The notes: generated by a model not told the origin, from the sequence alone. A stretch of DNA of 64,000 nt from Nostoc sp. DedSLP01 (GCA_034530875.2 JAVRCJ020000001.1:64001-128000); one strand, 5' to 3'; numbered from the stretch's first letter, positions 1 to 10,419 are shown. Made by a program: numbers and translations.

Positions 1-176
1 AGGAAAGAAATAAAGGCCTGAAGATGGCAACAAATCTTTAAGTCCCTTCCCCTTACCCGCTTTCCTACCAATTCCCTAAATCACATACATCCGTATTATT
101 TCTGACTTTGTGTAGCGATTAAAGAGTGATAATAATGAAGAATGTTATACGTAAGCATCTTGTTTGGATGCCACTC

Positions 177-422
177 ATGAAAATTTTGTTGGTAGAGGAT
201 GACGTTTTAGTTAGCACTGCACTAGTGGAATTGTTAGAGGCAAATCACTACACTGTTGACTTAGCCAACAATGGGCAAACTAGGCTAGATTTAGCAATGT
301 CGTCTGAATATAGCTTGATTTTGCTCGATTGGCTAATTCCAAAATTAGATGGGATCGGTCTGTGTCGAGAACTGCGATCGCTGTGGGGCATAGCCCATTC
401 TGACTCCGGAATTCTGCGGTAA
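177..422 (+). pseudogene. Truncated response-regulator receiver domain (OmpR/RcaC-like N-terminus)
   Basis: MKILLVEDD...LILLDWLIPKLDG...LCRELRS, then similarity is lost before the conserved PILLLTA and KP motifs; stop after about 81 aa. Confidence 0.75.
374..381. repeat. HIP1 octamer GCGATCGC (one example; many copies throughout the window)
   Basis: Palindromic GCGATCGC recurs in coding and intergenic DNA across the window, which is typical of cyanobacteria. Confidence 0.95.
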
Positions 423-672
423 AATTTAGCCTTTGAACAAGTACTTTAATTTTAAAGTTATTACTAATCATCAATTATCAAGTTCAATTCTATTTATCTT
501 CTTGCTAATTTGTAATAATATTAAAAATCTGATTTATTTTACGTGTAGATACAAATATAGTTCGCATTAGTCTGTTTTTTATCCCCTCTGTTTACCGTTC
601 CCTGTGAAGAGTTTTCTTACTTGAAGAGAGGAACTTTGTTAACCCAAACGTATTGGTTGAAATACAGCAAAT

Positions 673-3600
673 ATGATGAAAAATTTCACAGTTCAGCCAA
701 AATTAAAGTTGAGGGCAATAAAAAGAACTTTGCACAAAAATTATCAAAAATCCATTACAAAAGAAATGGTATTGTCAAAGCATATATCAGCCACAGACTT
801 GATAGCATTTGACCGCTTACAGACTCCCATTTGGATTTACGATATTGAGAAATTGCAGATGTGGTGGGCGAACAAAGCGGCGCTTCATATTTGGAACGCT
901 CAAAGTCGAGAAGAATTGCTCAATCGCAACTTCAGCGATGTTTCTGAACCTACTCGCATTTCGCTACAAACTTATCTCCAAGAGTTTGAGCAAGGTAAAA
1001 CCATTGCTGAAAACTGGACATTTTATCCACAAGGTAGACCTGTTTGTGTTCGCTGTCTGTGTTCTGGGATTGAAATTCAACCAGGGCGAATGGCGATGCT
1101 GGTTGAAGGTACGCCAGAAGTTGCTAATCAGATTGAGCGAAAAACACTGCGGTCAATTGAAGCAATGCGTCATACCACGGTGATGATCTCGCTTTATACG
1201 ATAGATGGCGTACCGTTAATGCAAAACCCCGCAGCCTTGAGCTGTTATGGAAATATCCTGCATCTGAACTCGTCAAGCGAGAATACTTTTTTGGCACACT
1301 TTGTTGACAAAAATGTTGGGCTTCAAGCTATCGAAGCGATTAATTCAGGTGAAATTTTTAGTGTTGAAACCCAGGTGTTGACAAACCAGGGCATTCGCTG
1401 GCATGAGATGGATATACGACGCACCATCGATCCGATAACGGGTAAGCCTACAATCCTCGTCAACGAAAAGGATATTACCAAGCAGCAAATTGCACTAGAA
1501 GAACGCCAACGTGCAGAAGACGAGTTACGCTGGCAAGAAGCTTTGTTGCGTTCTATGACAGAGACTTCTTTACTGGGATTCTTTGTGGTTGACAATCGCA
1601 CCGATGAAATTCTCTATTTCAATCACCGCTTTTGTAAAATTTGGGGCATTGAACATTTAGAAACTCAAATGCGCCAAGGCGCTTTAAAAAATAATGACAT
1701 TATTCCTGAATGTATGCGGTTGGTTGCGGATTTACCAGCATTTATAGAATCTTGTAAACCATTACAGTCTAAAGAAAATTGCACCGTAGTTGAAGATGAA
1801 ATTTTATTTGTTGATGGGCGAACGATTCGACGTTTTTCTAGCCAAATTCTGGATAGCCAAGATAAATATTTTGGACGGCTATACATTTTTGAGGATATCA
1901 GCGAACGGCAAGCCGCGCTGTGCGAACGCAAGCAGTTAGAAAAATCCCTGCGTTTGGCTGATTACTCTTTTGAAAGTATTGGTATTTGTGCAACTTGGGT
2001 AGATAAAAATGCCCGGATTTTGCGCGTCAACAATGCCTCTTGTCAAAGTTTGGGTTACTCCCGTGCTGAGTTAGAATCCATGCACGTTTATGATTGCGAT
2101 CCTAATTTTCCCAAGTCAGCATGGCCAGAACATTGGCAAGAGCTAAAAAAACACAAACATCTGACGTTTGTTTCGCAACATCAAACAAAAGATGGGCGGC
2201 TTTTGCCGATGGAAATCACTATTAACTATGTAGAGTTTGATGGCGAAGAATATAATTTTGCCATTGCCCGAGATATTAGCGATCGCCTCCAGACGGAAAC
2301 TGCACTCAAAGAAAGTGAAGAACGCTATCGTTCTGTAATTACAACCTTGGCAGAAGGTATTGTTTTGCAGAAAGCCGACGGAGAGATTACTGCCTGTAAC
2401 GACAGCGCCCAAAGAATTTTAGGGTTAACAACCGATCAAATGATGGGGTTAACTTCTATCGATCCGCGATGGCAAGCTATTCACGAAGATGGTTCCGCTT
2501 TTCCAGGCGAAACCCATCCTACTATTGTCACCTTACGCACCGGACAACCCCAATTTAATGTAGTTATGGGAGTTTACAAACCTGATAGCAGCCTGTCGTG
2601 GATTTCAATTAATTCTCAACCACTGTTTAAACCAGATGAATCAAAACCTTATGCAGTGGTTACCTCGTTTACAGATATCACACCCTGCAAACAAGCTCAA
2701 CTGACATTACAACAGCAGGCTCAACGGGAACGCGTGATTGCTGCCATCGCTGTGCGTATTCGTCAGTCCTTAGATTTGAACGAAATTTTGAACACAACTG
2801 TGGCCGAAGTCAGACAATTTCTGCAAAGCGATCGCGTTATTATCTACCGCTTTAACCAAGATTGGAGTGGTGTAGTTCTCACAGAGTCAGTAGCTAAAGG
2901 TTGGCTGCCGATTTTAAATATGGAACTGACAGACTCCTACTTTATCAACAATCAAGGAAAGTTCCAGCCGCAGGGAATAATTAAAGTCACTCCAGACATT
3001 TACACCGCAGGATTGAGTGCTTGTCACGTGCAGTTATTAGAAAAATTGCAAGTCAGAGCCAAGCTAGTCGTATCGATTTTACAAGGCGATCGCCTTTGGG
3101 GACTGTTAGTGGCGCATCATTGCAGCGCCGCGCGTGAGTGGCAAGCTTGGGAGAGCGAATTACTTCAGCAATTGGCAACGCAAGTGGCGATCGCCATTCA
3201 GCAATCAGAACTTTATCATCAATTACAGCTTGCCAACCAGCAACTTGAAAATATAGCGATGGTCGATCAATTAACTCAGATTGCCAATCGTCGGCGTTTT
3301 GATAGCAAGTTGGAATGTGTATGGAAATATCTTTTACGCGAACAAGGTTGTGTCTCACTACTGTTATGTGACATTGATTATTTCAAACAATACAACGATA
3401 CCTACGGACATGCCGCTGGAGATGAGTGTTTGCGCCTTGTTGCCCAAGCTTTACAACAAAGCGTCAAACGTTCTACAGATTTAGCTGCTCGTTATGGCGG
3501 AGAAGAATTTATAGTGATTTTACTGAATACTGATAGTGACGGGGCTTCTCTAGTTGCCCAAAAAATTCATCAAGCTATTAAACAGCTAAATATCCCTCAT

Positions 3601-3753
3601 GCTGCGTCAACTGTGAAGCAATACGTCACATTAAGTATTGGAATTGCCACCGTCATTCCTACGCCTGACATGGTTCCTTTGGATTTGATTGAGAAAGCAG
3701 ATCGAGCGCTTTACCAAGCGAAAGCACAAGGACGCGATCGCTCTTGTAAGTAA
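673..3753 (+). CDS. Multi-PAS / GAF (cyanobacteriochrome-like) diguanylate cyclase; alternative start at 766
   Basis: Several PAS/PAC motifs, GAF (IRQSLDL...DRVIIYRF...ACH...LWGLLVAHHC), C-terminal DIDYFK...RSTD...RYGGEEF. Confidence 0.92.
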   Translation: MMKNFTVQPKLKLRAIKRTLHKNYQKSITKEMVLSKHISATDLIAFDRLQTPIWIYDIEKLQMWWANKAALHIWNAQSREELLNRNFSDVSEPTRISLQTYLQEFEQGKTIAENWTFYPQGRPVCVRCLCSGIEIQPGRMAMLVEGTPEVANQIERKTLRSIEAMRHTTVMISLYTIDGVPLMQNPAALSCYGNILHLNSSSENTFLAHFVDKNVGLQAIEAINSGEIFSVETQVLTNQGIRWHEMDIRRTIDPITGKPTILVNEKDITKQQIALEERQRAEDELRWQEALLRSMTETSLLGFFVVDNRTDEILYFNHRFCKIWGIEHLETQMRQGALKNNDIIPECMRLVADLPAFIESCKPLQSKENCTVVEDEILFVDGRTIRRFSSQILDSQDKYFGRLYIFEDISERQAALCERKQLEKSLRLADYSFESIGICATWVDKNARILRVNNASCQSLGYSRAELESMHVYDCDPNFPKSAWPEHWQELKKHKHLTFVSQHQTKDGRLLPMEITINYVEFDGEEYNFAIARDISDRLQTETALKESEERYRSVITTLAEGIVLQKADGEITACNDSAQRILGLTTDQMMGLTSIDPRWQAIHEDGSAFPGETHPTIVTLRTGQPQFNVVMGVYKPDSSLSWISINSQPLFKPDESKPYAVVTSFTDITPCKQAQLTLQQQAQRERVIAAIAVRIRQSLDLNEILNTTVAEVRQFLQSDRVIIYRFNQDWSGVVLTESVAKGWLPILNMELTDSYFINNQGKFQPQGIIKVTPDIYTAGLSACHVQLLEKLQVRAKLVVSILQGDRLWGLLVAHHCSAAREWQAWESELLQQLATQVAIAIQQSELYHQLQLANQQLENIAMVDQLTQIANRRRFDSKLECVWKYLLREQGCVSLLLCDIDYFKQYNDTYGHAAGDECLRLVAQALQQSVKRSTDLAARYGGEEFIVILLNTDSDGASLVAQKIHQAIKQLNIPHAASTVKQYVTLSIGIATVIPTPDMVPLDLIEKADRALYQAKAQGRDRSCK

Positions 3754-3854
3754 GCGGACGCTTATTTAAAGCTAAATTTACACATTGGCAAAAAAGCTAC
3801 GTCTTTGGTTTTAATATGGATAGCTTTGCGCTTGTCATTTTACCCAACAAACTC

Positions 3855-4058
3855 TTAGGATTCGCTAGCTTCTCCCAAACGCTCGGGATTTTGTACTCCA
3901 ATTAATCGATTCCAAAGTTGATAGCTGACCTCACTCTTAGGTACATACCAGTTGTTATCGGTAGCTTCCATACCACCCATTGCTGTAAACTCCTGACGTT
4001 GTGGGTCATTCAGGTCAAGGTACTTCGCGCCTTGCTCCAATCGGCTGCCAACTGCTAA
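3855..4058 (-). pseudogene. C-terminal remnant of a conserved hypothetical protein
   Basis: GSRLEQGAKYLDL...WYVPKSEVSYQLWNRLIGV resembles the C-terminal half of a longer conserved protein; no convincing start. Confidence 0.45.
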
Positions 4059-4440
4059 AAGAGAGAATTTAAACTCTGTTCCCCACAGCAAAAGTGTCGA
4101 TCGCTTCTTGAGATATTAGTCTATAGATAGATTTTATTCCCAATAAAAACTGATGCTATTTGTGAAGAAGAAGGGAAGGGAAAAGTATATAAACTAGGAG
4201 CGATACGAATATTTCTAGGTTTAGCGATCGCTCTTTAATTTATCTCATTTTTCAGTGCAATTTTTATCACATTTGAAGGGGGATTATTTCTCGCTAAATC
4301 CCAAAAGCATCAATTTTTTGAAGAGGCGTAAAAATAATAAAATCGAAAAATCTTCTTTAGAATTTCGTATTTGTAGAGTTTTCTAACCTAGTATTAACCA
4401 GAAGAATTTTTTAATCGATTTTGAGAGAAACAACTCCTAT

Positions 4441-4728
4441 TTAACAATATTTGGTTGCATCTTCACCGCAGACATCAACTAAATACAACAAGCACTTAAA
4501 ACGCAGACCAACTACCTGTTCGTAAAGAGGGTTAAGTTTACACAAAGGTGGAATCTGAAAAAGTGTCCGACCTAAAATTTTCACAGTTCTTGCAAAAGGA
4601 CATTGGGAGGGAATAATTTTACACAAGAGTCTGGCTAGGTCAGAATTATGTATTTCTACAGCGTCAAGCTGATATCGAAGTTGGTCTAATAAAGTGTTAT
4701 TTAAGCTGGCTTGATTTAATAAGTTCAT
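4441..4728 (-). CDS. Mo-dependent nitrogenase C-terminal domain (Mo-nitro_C) family small protein
   Basis: LCKIIPSQCPFAR...IPPLCKLNPLYEQVVGLRFKCL signature. Confidence 0.88.
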   Translation of the reverse strand: MNLLNQASLNNTLLDQLRYQLDAVEIHNSDLARLLCKIIPSQCPFARTVKILGRTLFQIPPLCKLNPLYEQVVGLRFKCLLYLVDVCGEDATKYC

Positions 4729-5011
4729 AACTCAAATCTCTCTGCATAAATCTTTTCTGCTTTAAAGATACAACTATGACCAGAGAAAAACATGGTAGAA
4801 TTACGAAACTATTTTTCCTATTTTGGAAAATCAATTTAAATATCAGTAATCTTGCTTAAGAACGCGTACAAGTACTTAGTTACGACCGATTTATAAAGTG
4901 CGATCGCTGTCTTAATGTCTTGACATCAAGTCCTGGTAATTGCTGATGATGACAGTGGAAACCCATCAATGTCAGTTCATAGAGGTACATGGGTAGGGGC
5001 TTTACAGCTGT

Positions 5012-5199
5012 CATTGGTGTCAACTTAAGCTCAAACGCTTATCACACAGACGTTTCACCCCACCCCCAACCCCTCCCCTTGCCAAGGGGAGGGGCGGTTT
5101 TGGCTTTAGACAAAACCGGGGTGGGGTAACGCTTGATGGTAAGTGAGATAGCTCAATATCACATCTTTACAAGGGTTTCACGTTAAGTTGACACCAATG
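5012..5199. mobile_element. MITE-like element with perfect 17-bp terminal inverted repeats and an internal GC-rich palindromic repeat
   Basis: CATTGGTGTCAACTTAA (5012-5028) and TTAAGTTGACACCAATG (5183-5199); internal CCCCTCCCCTTG-C-CAAGGGGAGGGG hairpin. Confidence 0.75.
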
Positions 5200-5231
5200 T
5201 TCTGTACCTTACCCATGCGGGAACCGCTATA

Positions 5232-6050
5232 TTATTTACTTTCTTTCATTCCAAAGGTGCGCCGGAAAAGCGACTTCATCAAACTAGGAGATAAGTTATA
5301 AATTGCGTGCCAAAGGTTTGTTGTACCGACAAGAACTTCAGAACGCTGGTCTTTAACTGCACTCCAAATTGATTTGGCTACATCTTCTGGCGTTTCCAGT
5401 ACGGGAGTATGAACTGCTGTATTTACCAATTCTGAACGTGCGTTAGTAGTTTCTTCATCTTGACCGCGAAAAATTGCTCGTTCCATCAGTTGAGTCCTGA
5501 TAAAGCTAGGATAAATACCGCTAACGTGAATACCTTTAGGTGATAATTCTGCGTGTAGCGATTTTGTTAACCCAGTTATGGCGTACTTGCTAGTTGTATA
5601 AGGAATTTGGTAAGGAATTGCTTCTATCCCACCAATAGAACTGACATTGACAATGGTTCCTTTACCGCGCTCTAAAAAATGCGGCAGGATAGCATTAATA
5701 GTATGGATATAACCCCACAAATTAGTATCAATTATTTGATGCCAATCATCTAAGCTAAAATCTTCCACAGGCCCTAAGCCAAATATGCCTGCATTATTAA
5801 TTAATACATCTACACCATCGAAGCGATGTATTGCCTTTTGAATCAAATCGTTTACTTGTAAAGGATCTCTCACATCAACAGAAATGGCGATCGCTTCTTG
5901 TCCCATTTCCCGTATTTCAGCGGCGGTAGCTTCTAAGCGATCGAGTTGGCGAGCTGCCAATACAATATTATAGTCGTGACGCGCAAATAATAATGCTGTG
6001 GCTTTGCCAATGCCTTGAGATGCGCCTGTGATAATTACTGTGTTAGTCAT
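5232..6050 (-). CDS. Short-chain dehydrogenase/reductase (SDR)
   Basis: TGASQGIG, NNAG and YxxSK motifs. Confidence 0.93.
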   Translation of the reverse strand: MTNTVIITGASQGIGKATALLFARHDYNIVLAARQLDRLEATAAEIREMGQEAIAISVDVRDPLQVNDLIQKAIHRFDGVDVLINNAGIFGLGPVEDFSLDDWHQIIDTNLWGYIHTINAILPHFLERGKGTIVNVSSIGGIEAIPYQIPYTTSKYAITGLTKSLHAELSPKGIHVSGIYPSFIRTQLMERAIFRGQDEETTNARSELVNTAVHTPVLETPEDVAKSIWSAVKDQRSEVLVGTTNLWHAIYNLSPSLMKSLFRRTFGMKESK

Positions 6051-6073
6051 TAATGTCCGTTATTTTTAACTAA

Positions 6074-6313
6074 TTACTGCTGGTTTTTAATTTCTTGAAG
6101 TAACTCCTCATCAGAGTAATTTTCCTCCCATTTGTCTTTTAGCTTTAGCCGCACAGACTGCGCGCCGCCACTGGGAGTACAAACAACCCAATAAGTATTT
6201 GCTTCGTCTTTGACTCGAGCTGCATCTTCAGCTTCTGCGCGATCGGAAAGACCTGAAAATGCTTGAATACAAGTCCACGTAATTCCATCTGAATCTTGAA
6301 TTTCTCTTTCCAT
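6074..6313 (-). CDS. Small conserved hypothetical protein
   Basis: 79-aa ORF tightly co-oriented between the cytochrome and SDR genes; WTCIQAF and VVCTPSGG motifs. Confidence 0.7.
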   Translation of the reverse strand: MEREIQDSDGITWTCIQAFSGLSDRAEAEDAARVKDEANTYWVVCTPSGGAQSVRLKLKDKWEENYSDEELLQEIKNQQ

Positions 6314-6367
6314 ATCTGTTTTAAATAAGGGAGTGGGGAGTGGGGAATAAGGAGTGGTGTTGAGTAG

Positions 6368-8431
6368 TTAACGCGAACTAGGTAAAACCTCTGGCTCATC
6401 ATCTAAACTGAGGAGGAATTGAATTAAATCTGTCTGTTCTTGAGTTGTGAAGCCTGCTTTTTTATCTACCCAGTAAGCGTGTCCAGTGCCATCTACATTA
6501 GACTTTTGCAAATCTGGATGAGCTTGGTTAGCTGCAATAGTTGCCTCACGAAGGTTGCGGTCAACTAGCACCCGCAGGCTGGCTTCTGGGTCGGGTAAAA
6601 TATTTTGCTCTAATGTACCAGCCATCCCCAACTCTTGAGGTTTTGCGACTACAAATTGTCCGTCCTGTTCGTTTTGCTTGAGTGCTGAAGCACTAGCAGC
6701 CACACCGCCATCGTGTAAATAAGGCGCAGTTAAATACAAACCAATTAAACTTGGTACTTTATAACCGCCGGCGGGATTATTAATACCAAAAGCTAACTGT
6801 TGTGCTTTCTGTGGCGTAATATCTGTAGGCACATCTAACAGTGGAGGATTAGATGGTAAAGGGACAGAAACGCTGTTCGGGTAGGTTTGGGGTTTAGTGA
6901 AGTTCTTCGCAAATACTGCTAATGTAGGAGCGCGTGATGGTTGAGTGCCAATCTCATTTTGAGCGATGACATCATGATTAGTAAAGTAGCGTCCGCTATG
7001 GCAGTCTATACAGCCAGCACGAGTAAATACAGTCGCGCCTTTTTCTAAAGAAGCAACATCGCTAATTTGAATCGGTGGTGGTGCGAGAGTATTTTGCCAA
7101 GCAGACATGCCATTTAATTGGTCGCCAACGGGGTAGCCTGGAGAAGATGCCATTAACCCATCTAACATAAACGGCGAACCTTTGGGATATCCAGGCATCC
7201 GAATCACTTGATTAATTGCAGGTTCTCCTGGAGTGGGATCGATTTTGTCAAAAAATTCTGATGGTTTTGCGCCTTGGGGTAACCTAAACGCTGGATTGGC
7301 AGCATTTTGCAGAATCACTCCTAAATAAGTTTCTTTGTCAATACCTAATGTGGATTGGCTGGCATCAGCGCCATTTGTCGCGTCTGAGTTTGTGGCGTGG
7401 ACGTTGCTATTTAAAGTAGTTAAACCGTGGAACCAACCAACGGCGGAATGACCACTCCAACCATAAGGCCAGGCATCAAAAGTATAAGACGAGGGAATTT
7501 GAGAGGGATTATTTACTAAAGTGCCGCTAGAATCAAAGTTTCCTGGCGGCCAAGTTAATAGTTTGGCGTCAACTGCATCTTCTACAGCTTTGGCATCTGG
7601 TAAGCGGGATTTTTCACCATCAGCATTAATGTAACTATGTTCTCCCGCTGCAAATTGCGTCGGGTTAACATCTGTTTGGCGAAACATCGCTGCGGAATTG
7701 GTAGCAAACGCCAGAACCAAGCCAGTATCAAGGTCGTTGTTTGGTGCGCCTTCTAAGATGCGTCCGGTTTCTCTGTCAACTGTGGTATGACATAAAGCGC
7801 AGGTAATCCCAAATCTCAGTTTCCCTTTAGTTATGCTGGCACGCATACCCAAGGGGACAAGGGAATTGGGAGGTACATCTAAGCCTGTATTCAATAATGT
7901 GCCTGCTTTGAAAGTGCGTCCGCCAATTGTCACATCTTCATTGATGGGGATTTGCAAATTCGTTGTGTGCTTCCCTGCAAGTTTGGCGATCGCTTGCCCC
8001 ACAGTTATCATATTTATCGGGCCATTCAGCGCTCCTACAACATCGGTTTGGAAGATTTCGTTCCCAAAAGTTTCGGAATAAAAAGCATCTCGTCCTAGCT
8101 TTAATGTTTCTTCTGTAACAGCAAACGCGCCATTTTCTGGGGATAGTTGTTTGCTTAGAGCTTCAGTTTGCAATAACCGTGTAGCTTCATCTTTATTAAT
8201 GGCGTACCCCAACACATCATAAGACCCTATTTCCTGGGGTGCAGCTTGTGTTATGGGTGTAAAAGTCTTATCGAGGCTGGGAGTTTTACCTAAAACAATT
8301 TCTAATCTATAAGCGAAGAAACTAACAATAATAATTAAAAACAACAGTATGCCAATAGTCCGCCATTTCTTTTTTTGAGGCTCAATTTGAGGCGGCTTGG
8401 TATCTATAGTGATACTTGAGTCAGTTTTCAT
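6368..8431 (-). CDS. Membrane-anchored di-haem c-type cytochrome (CCP/MauG/RoxA-like superfamily)
   Basis: N-terminal TM helix, two CxxCH motifs (CALCH, CIDCH), KVPSLIGLYLTAPYLHDG motif. Confidence 0.8.
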   Translation of the reverse strand: MKTDSSITIDTKPPQIEPQKKKWRTIGILLFLIIIVSFFAYRLEIVLGKTPSLDKTFTPITQAAPQEIGSYDVLGYAINKDEATRLLQTEALSKQLSPENGAFAVTEETLKLGRDAFYSETFGNEIFQTDVVGALNGPINMITVGQAIAKLAGKHTTNLQIPINEDVTIGGRTFKAGTLLNTGLDVPPNSLVPLGMRASITKGKLRFGITCALCHTTVDRETGRILEGAPNNDLDTGLVLAFATNSAAMFRQTDVNPTQFAAGEHSYINADGEKSRLPDAKAVEDAVDAKLLTWPPGNFDSSGTLVNNPSQIPSSYTFDAWPYGWSGHSAVGWFHGLTTLNSNVHATNSDATNGADASQSTLGIDKETYLGVILQNAANPAFRLPQGAKPSEFFDKIDPTPGEPAINQVIRMPGYPKGSPFMLDGLMASSPGYPVGDQLNGMSAWQNTLAPPPIQISDVASLEKGATVFTRAGCIDCHSGRYFTNHDVIAQNEIGTQPSRAPTLAVFAKNFTKPQTYPNSVSVPLPSNPPLLDVPTDITPQKAQQLAFGINNPAGGYKVPSLIGLYLTAPYLHDGGVAASASALKQNEQDGQFVVAKPQELGMAGTLEQNILPDPEASLRVLVDRNLREATIAANQAHPDLQKSNVDGTGHAYWVDKKAGFTTQEQTDLIQFLLSLDDEPEVLPSSR

Positions 8432-8794
8432 AGTCCGAGTTTTACTCAATGCAGTTACATTCAAGCGGAGCATGAAACTAAAAGCTTCATCCTTATAGAT
8501 GATGTCCGGTTGAGCAAAGGAGTAATTTTTGGGGAAAAAGGTTTAATGTTAGCCTTGTTTGGCTTTAAGCACTCGGCGTATACGTCCAACAAAGGTAATT
8601 TGGTAAGAATGGAAAACAGTCTCTCGATTAGAGTAACTAGCCAAAATAGGACTTACGCAGCAATACGAAAAATCAAGGGTTTGAACTAGGGGTGTAGGGT
8701 ACACAAATGGAAGGGTGTAAGTTACCAAAACCTTTACACCCAGTCTCAACATTTGTCAACGCAGACAAATAATTTGGCAATCGACAACATTTAA

Positions 8795-8866
8795 AGCGGG
8801 CGATGGGACTCGAACCCACGACGTTCACCTTGGGAAGGTGACATTCTACCACTGAATTACACCCGC
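8795..8866 (-). tRNA. tRNA-Gly (CCC)
   Basis: Reverse complement GCGGGTG...TCACC-TTCCCAA-GGTGA...GGTTCGAGTCC...CGCCCGC-T forms a cloverleaf; CCA not encoded. Confidence 0.96.
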
Positions 8867-9107
8867 GAGTAGCTGTTAACTAAAACTTTAATATCATACT
8901 ACAGCATACCATTATTTATAGGCGTTTTCAATTGACTAAAATACACACAGTTTTGCAACTGGCGATATTTTCAGCAAAGCTTTGATAAGGCACTTAAGCT
9001 TCAACAGAGCCAAAGACGCTCCGCCTTTGCCCGATATCTAACACTGTATATAGAATCACTCAAAATCCTACACTGTGCCAAGGAAACTCAATGTAGGATT
9101 ATCCGAC

Positions 9108-9785
9108 TTATAGAACAATGTCTTCACCTCGCTCAGTGAAGCGAACCTCTTTAATATTCCATGCAGCATTACTTGTGAGAGTTTTGCGGAGACTACCAAA
9201 CAAAGCAAACTGTTCGCAACTAGAGAGAGAAGCTATTTGCCGCTTAGACTCAGGCGATATCCGTAAATCAACTGTAGCAACCCCATTTTTGACGTTAACC
9301 CGATACCCAGACAAGCTAAAGTCACTTGTATCTCGTTTTTCTATGATTTTACCGACTGCATTTGTAACTGGTTCTTCAGCTGGTACTGAAACTTTTTCTG
9401 GAATTAGTTTTTGACAGTCAAGGTCACTAGTGTAAATTGTAACGTTTGTAGTTTTGTTACTGGCAACTTTAGAAGGTGATGGAGAAGCGGTATTTTCCGC
9501 AGGAGATTGTTGATTTGCAGACTTTTCTCTCAACTGTGCGACGGTAGGAACTTGTCTGGAAGTCTTAGAAGACGAGGTATTTGTCGGTGTTGGAGTCGGT
9601 TGTGGAGTTAATGTAGTTGTCGGTGTTGGAGTCGGCTGTGGAGTTAATGTAGTGTTTGGTGGTGTGGTAGGGGATGGTGTTTGAGTCTCAATATTATTAG
9701 TGGCGGGGTTAGAATTACAACTGCTCAAGCCAAGAACCATTGTTATAGCAATCAGGGGTAAAAAATATCTTTTGGTTGTCTTCAT
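9108..9785 (-). CDS. Lipoprotein with Pro/Thr linker and GerMN-like C-terminal domain
   Basis: Lipobox LSSC, PT-rich linker with a 36-bp tandem duplication (9581-9652), C-terminal VATVDLR...SLRKTLT...IKEVRF. Confidence 0.75.
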   Translation of the reverse strand: MKTTKRYFLPLIAITMVLGLSSCNSNPATNNIETQTPSPTTPPNTTLTPQPTPTPTTTLTPQPTPTPTNTSSSKTSRQVPTVAQLREKSANQQSPAENTASPSPSKVASNKTTNVTIYTSDLDCQKLIPEKVSVPAEEPVTNAVGKIIEKRDTSDFSLSGYRVNVKNGVATVDLRISPESKRQIASLSSCEQFALFGSLRKTLTSNAAWNIKEVRFTERGEDIVL

Positions 9786-10097
9786 AAATTTGCTCTTAAG
9801 TTAGATCGCTGCTATGAACTTCAATATTGCTGGTATCAATTCCGTATGAATTTGTGAATTTTGAGCCAGTATCTAAAGTGTCAACTTAGCATCTGTTAAG
9901 CCGAAATTACGTTAACGGTATAAAAATTAAAACTACATCTTTCTTAAGGATCTACTCGATCGCATCCAAATGAGTTTAAGTAGAATCCCAGAACCTGAGG
10001 TCGAGAGATATTATTCTCAAGAATGATGCCAAGTAAGTGGATTTCAGTAATCATTAGAGAAAATAAACCAAATTTTAATGATTTTAAAGACAAAAAA

Positions 10098-10295
10098 ATG
10101 AATAGAGGCTCTCAAGAAAGAACATTAAGAAGGCAAAATACGATTCTCGCTGCTAAAAATTTTTTAGCAGAAATGAATAAAGATGCTAGTTCGGAAGAAC
10201 TGAGATTTATTGCTGATAATGTGGGTGAGATTGCACTATTTTGGCATTTGATTGAAAATCCAGAAGAAATTTCTTTGCTGGAATTGCAAATATAG
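10098..10295 (+). CDS. Small hypothetical protein
   Basis: 65-aa ORF with plausible composition; no family recognised. Confidence 0.5.
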   Translation: MNRGSQERTLRRQNTILAAKNFLAEMNKDASSEELRFIADNVGEIALFWHLIENPEEISLLELQI

Positions 10296-10337
10296 TCGAA
10301 GCATTGCATTGCAAAGAGGCAGTAGGGATTGGGTAGA

Positions 10338-10365
10338 GTAGAGACGCGATTAATCGCGTCTCTAC
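10338..10365. repeat. REP-like small dispersed palindrome GTAGAGACGCGATTAATCGCGTCTCTAC
   Basis: Perfect 28-bp palindrome; near-identical copy at 58653-58680; relatives at 45047-45077 and about 53941-53970. Confidence 0.85.
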
Positions 10366-10419
10366 TGAGTGCGGGTGCAACAATTTTTATGCTCTTGCAT
10401 TCTGAATTCTCCTGTATTA

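Noticed and set aside
4441..4728. Nitrogen-fixation gene
   Set aside because: The Mo-nitro_C family name does not imply a nif role here, and there are no nif genes nearby
3754..8866. Genomic island integrated at the tRNA-Gly 3' end
   Set aside because: No integrase and no convincing duplicate of the tRNA 3' end; only a weak AAGCGGACG match near 3752
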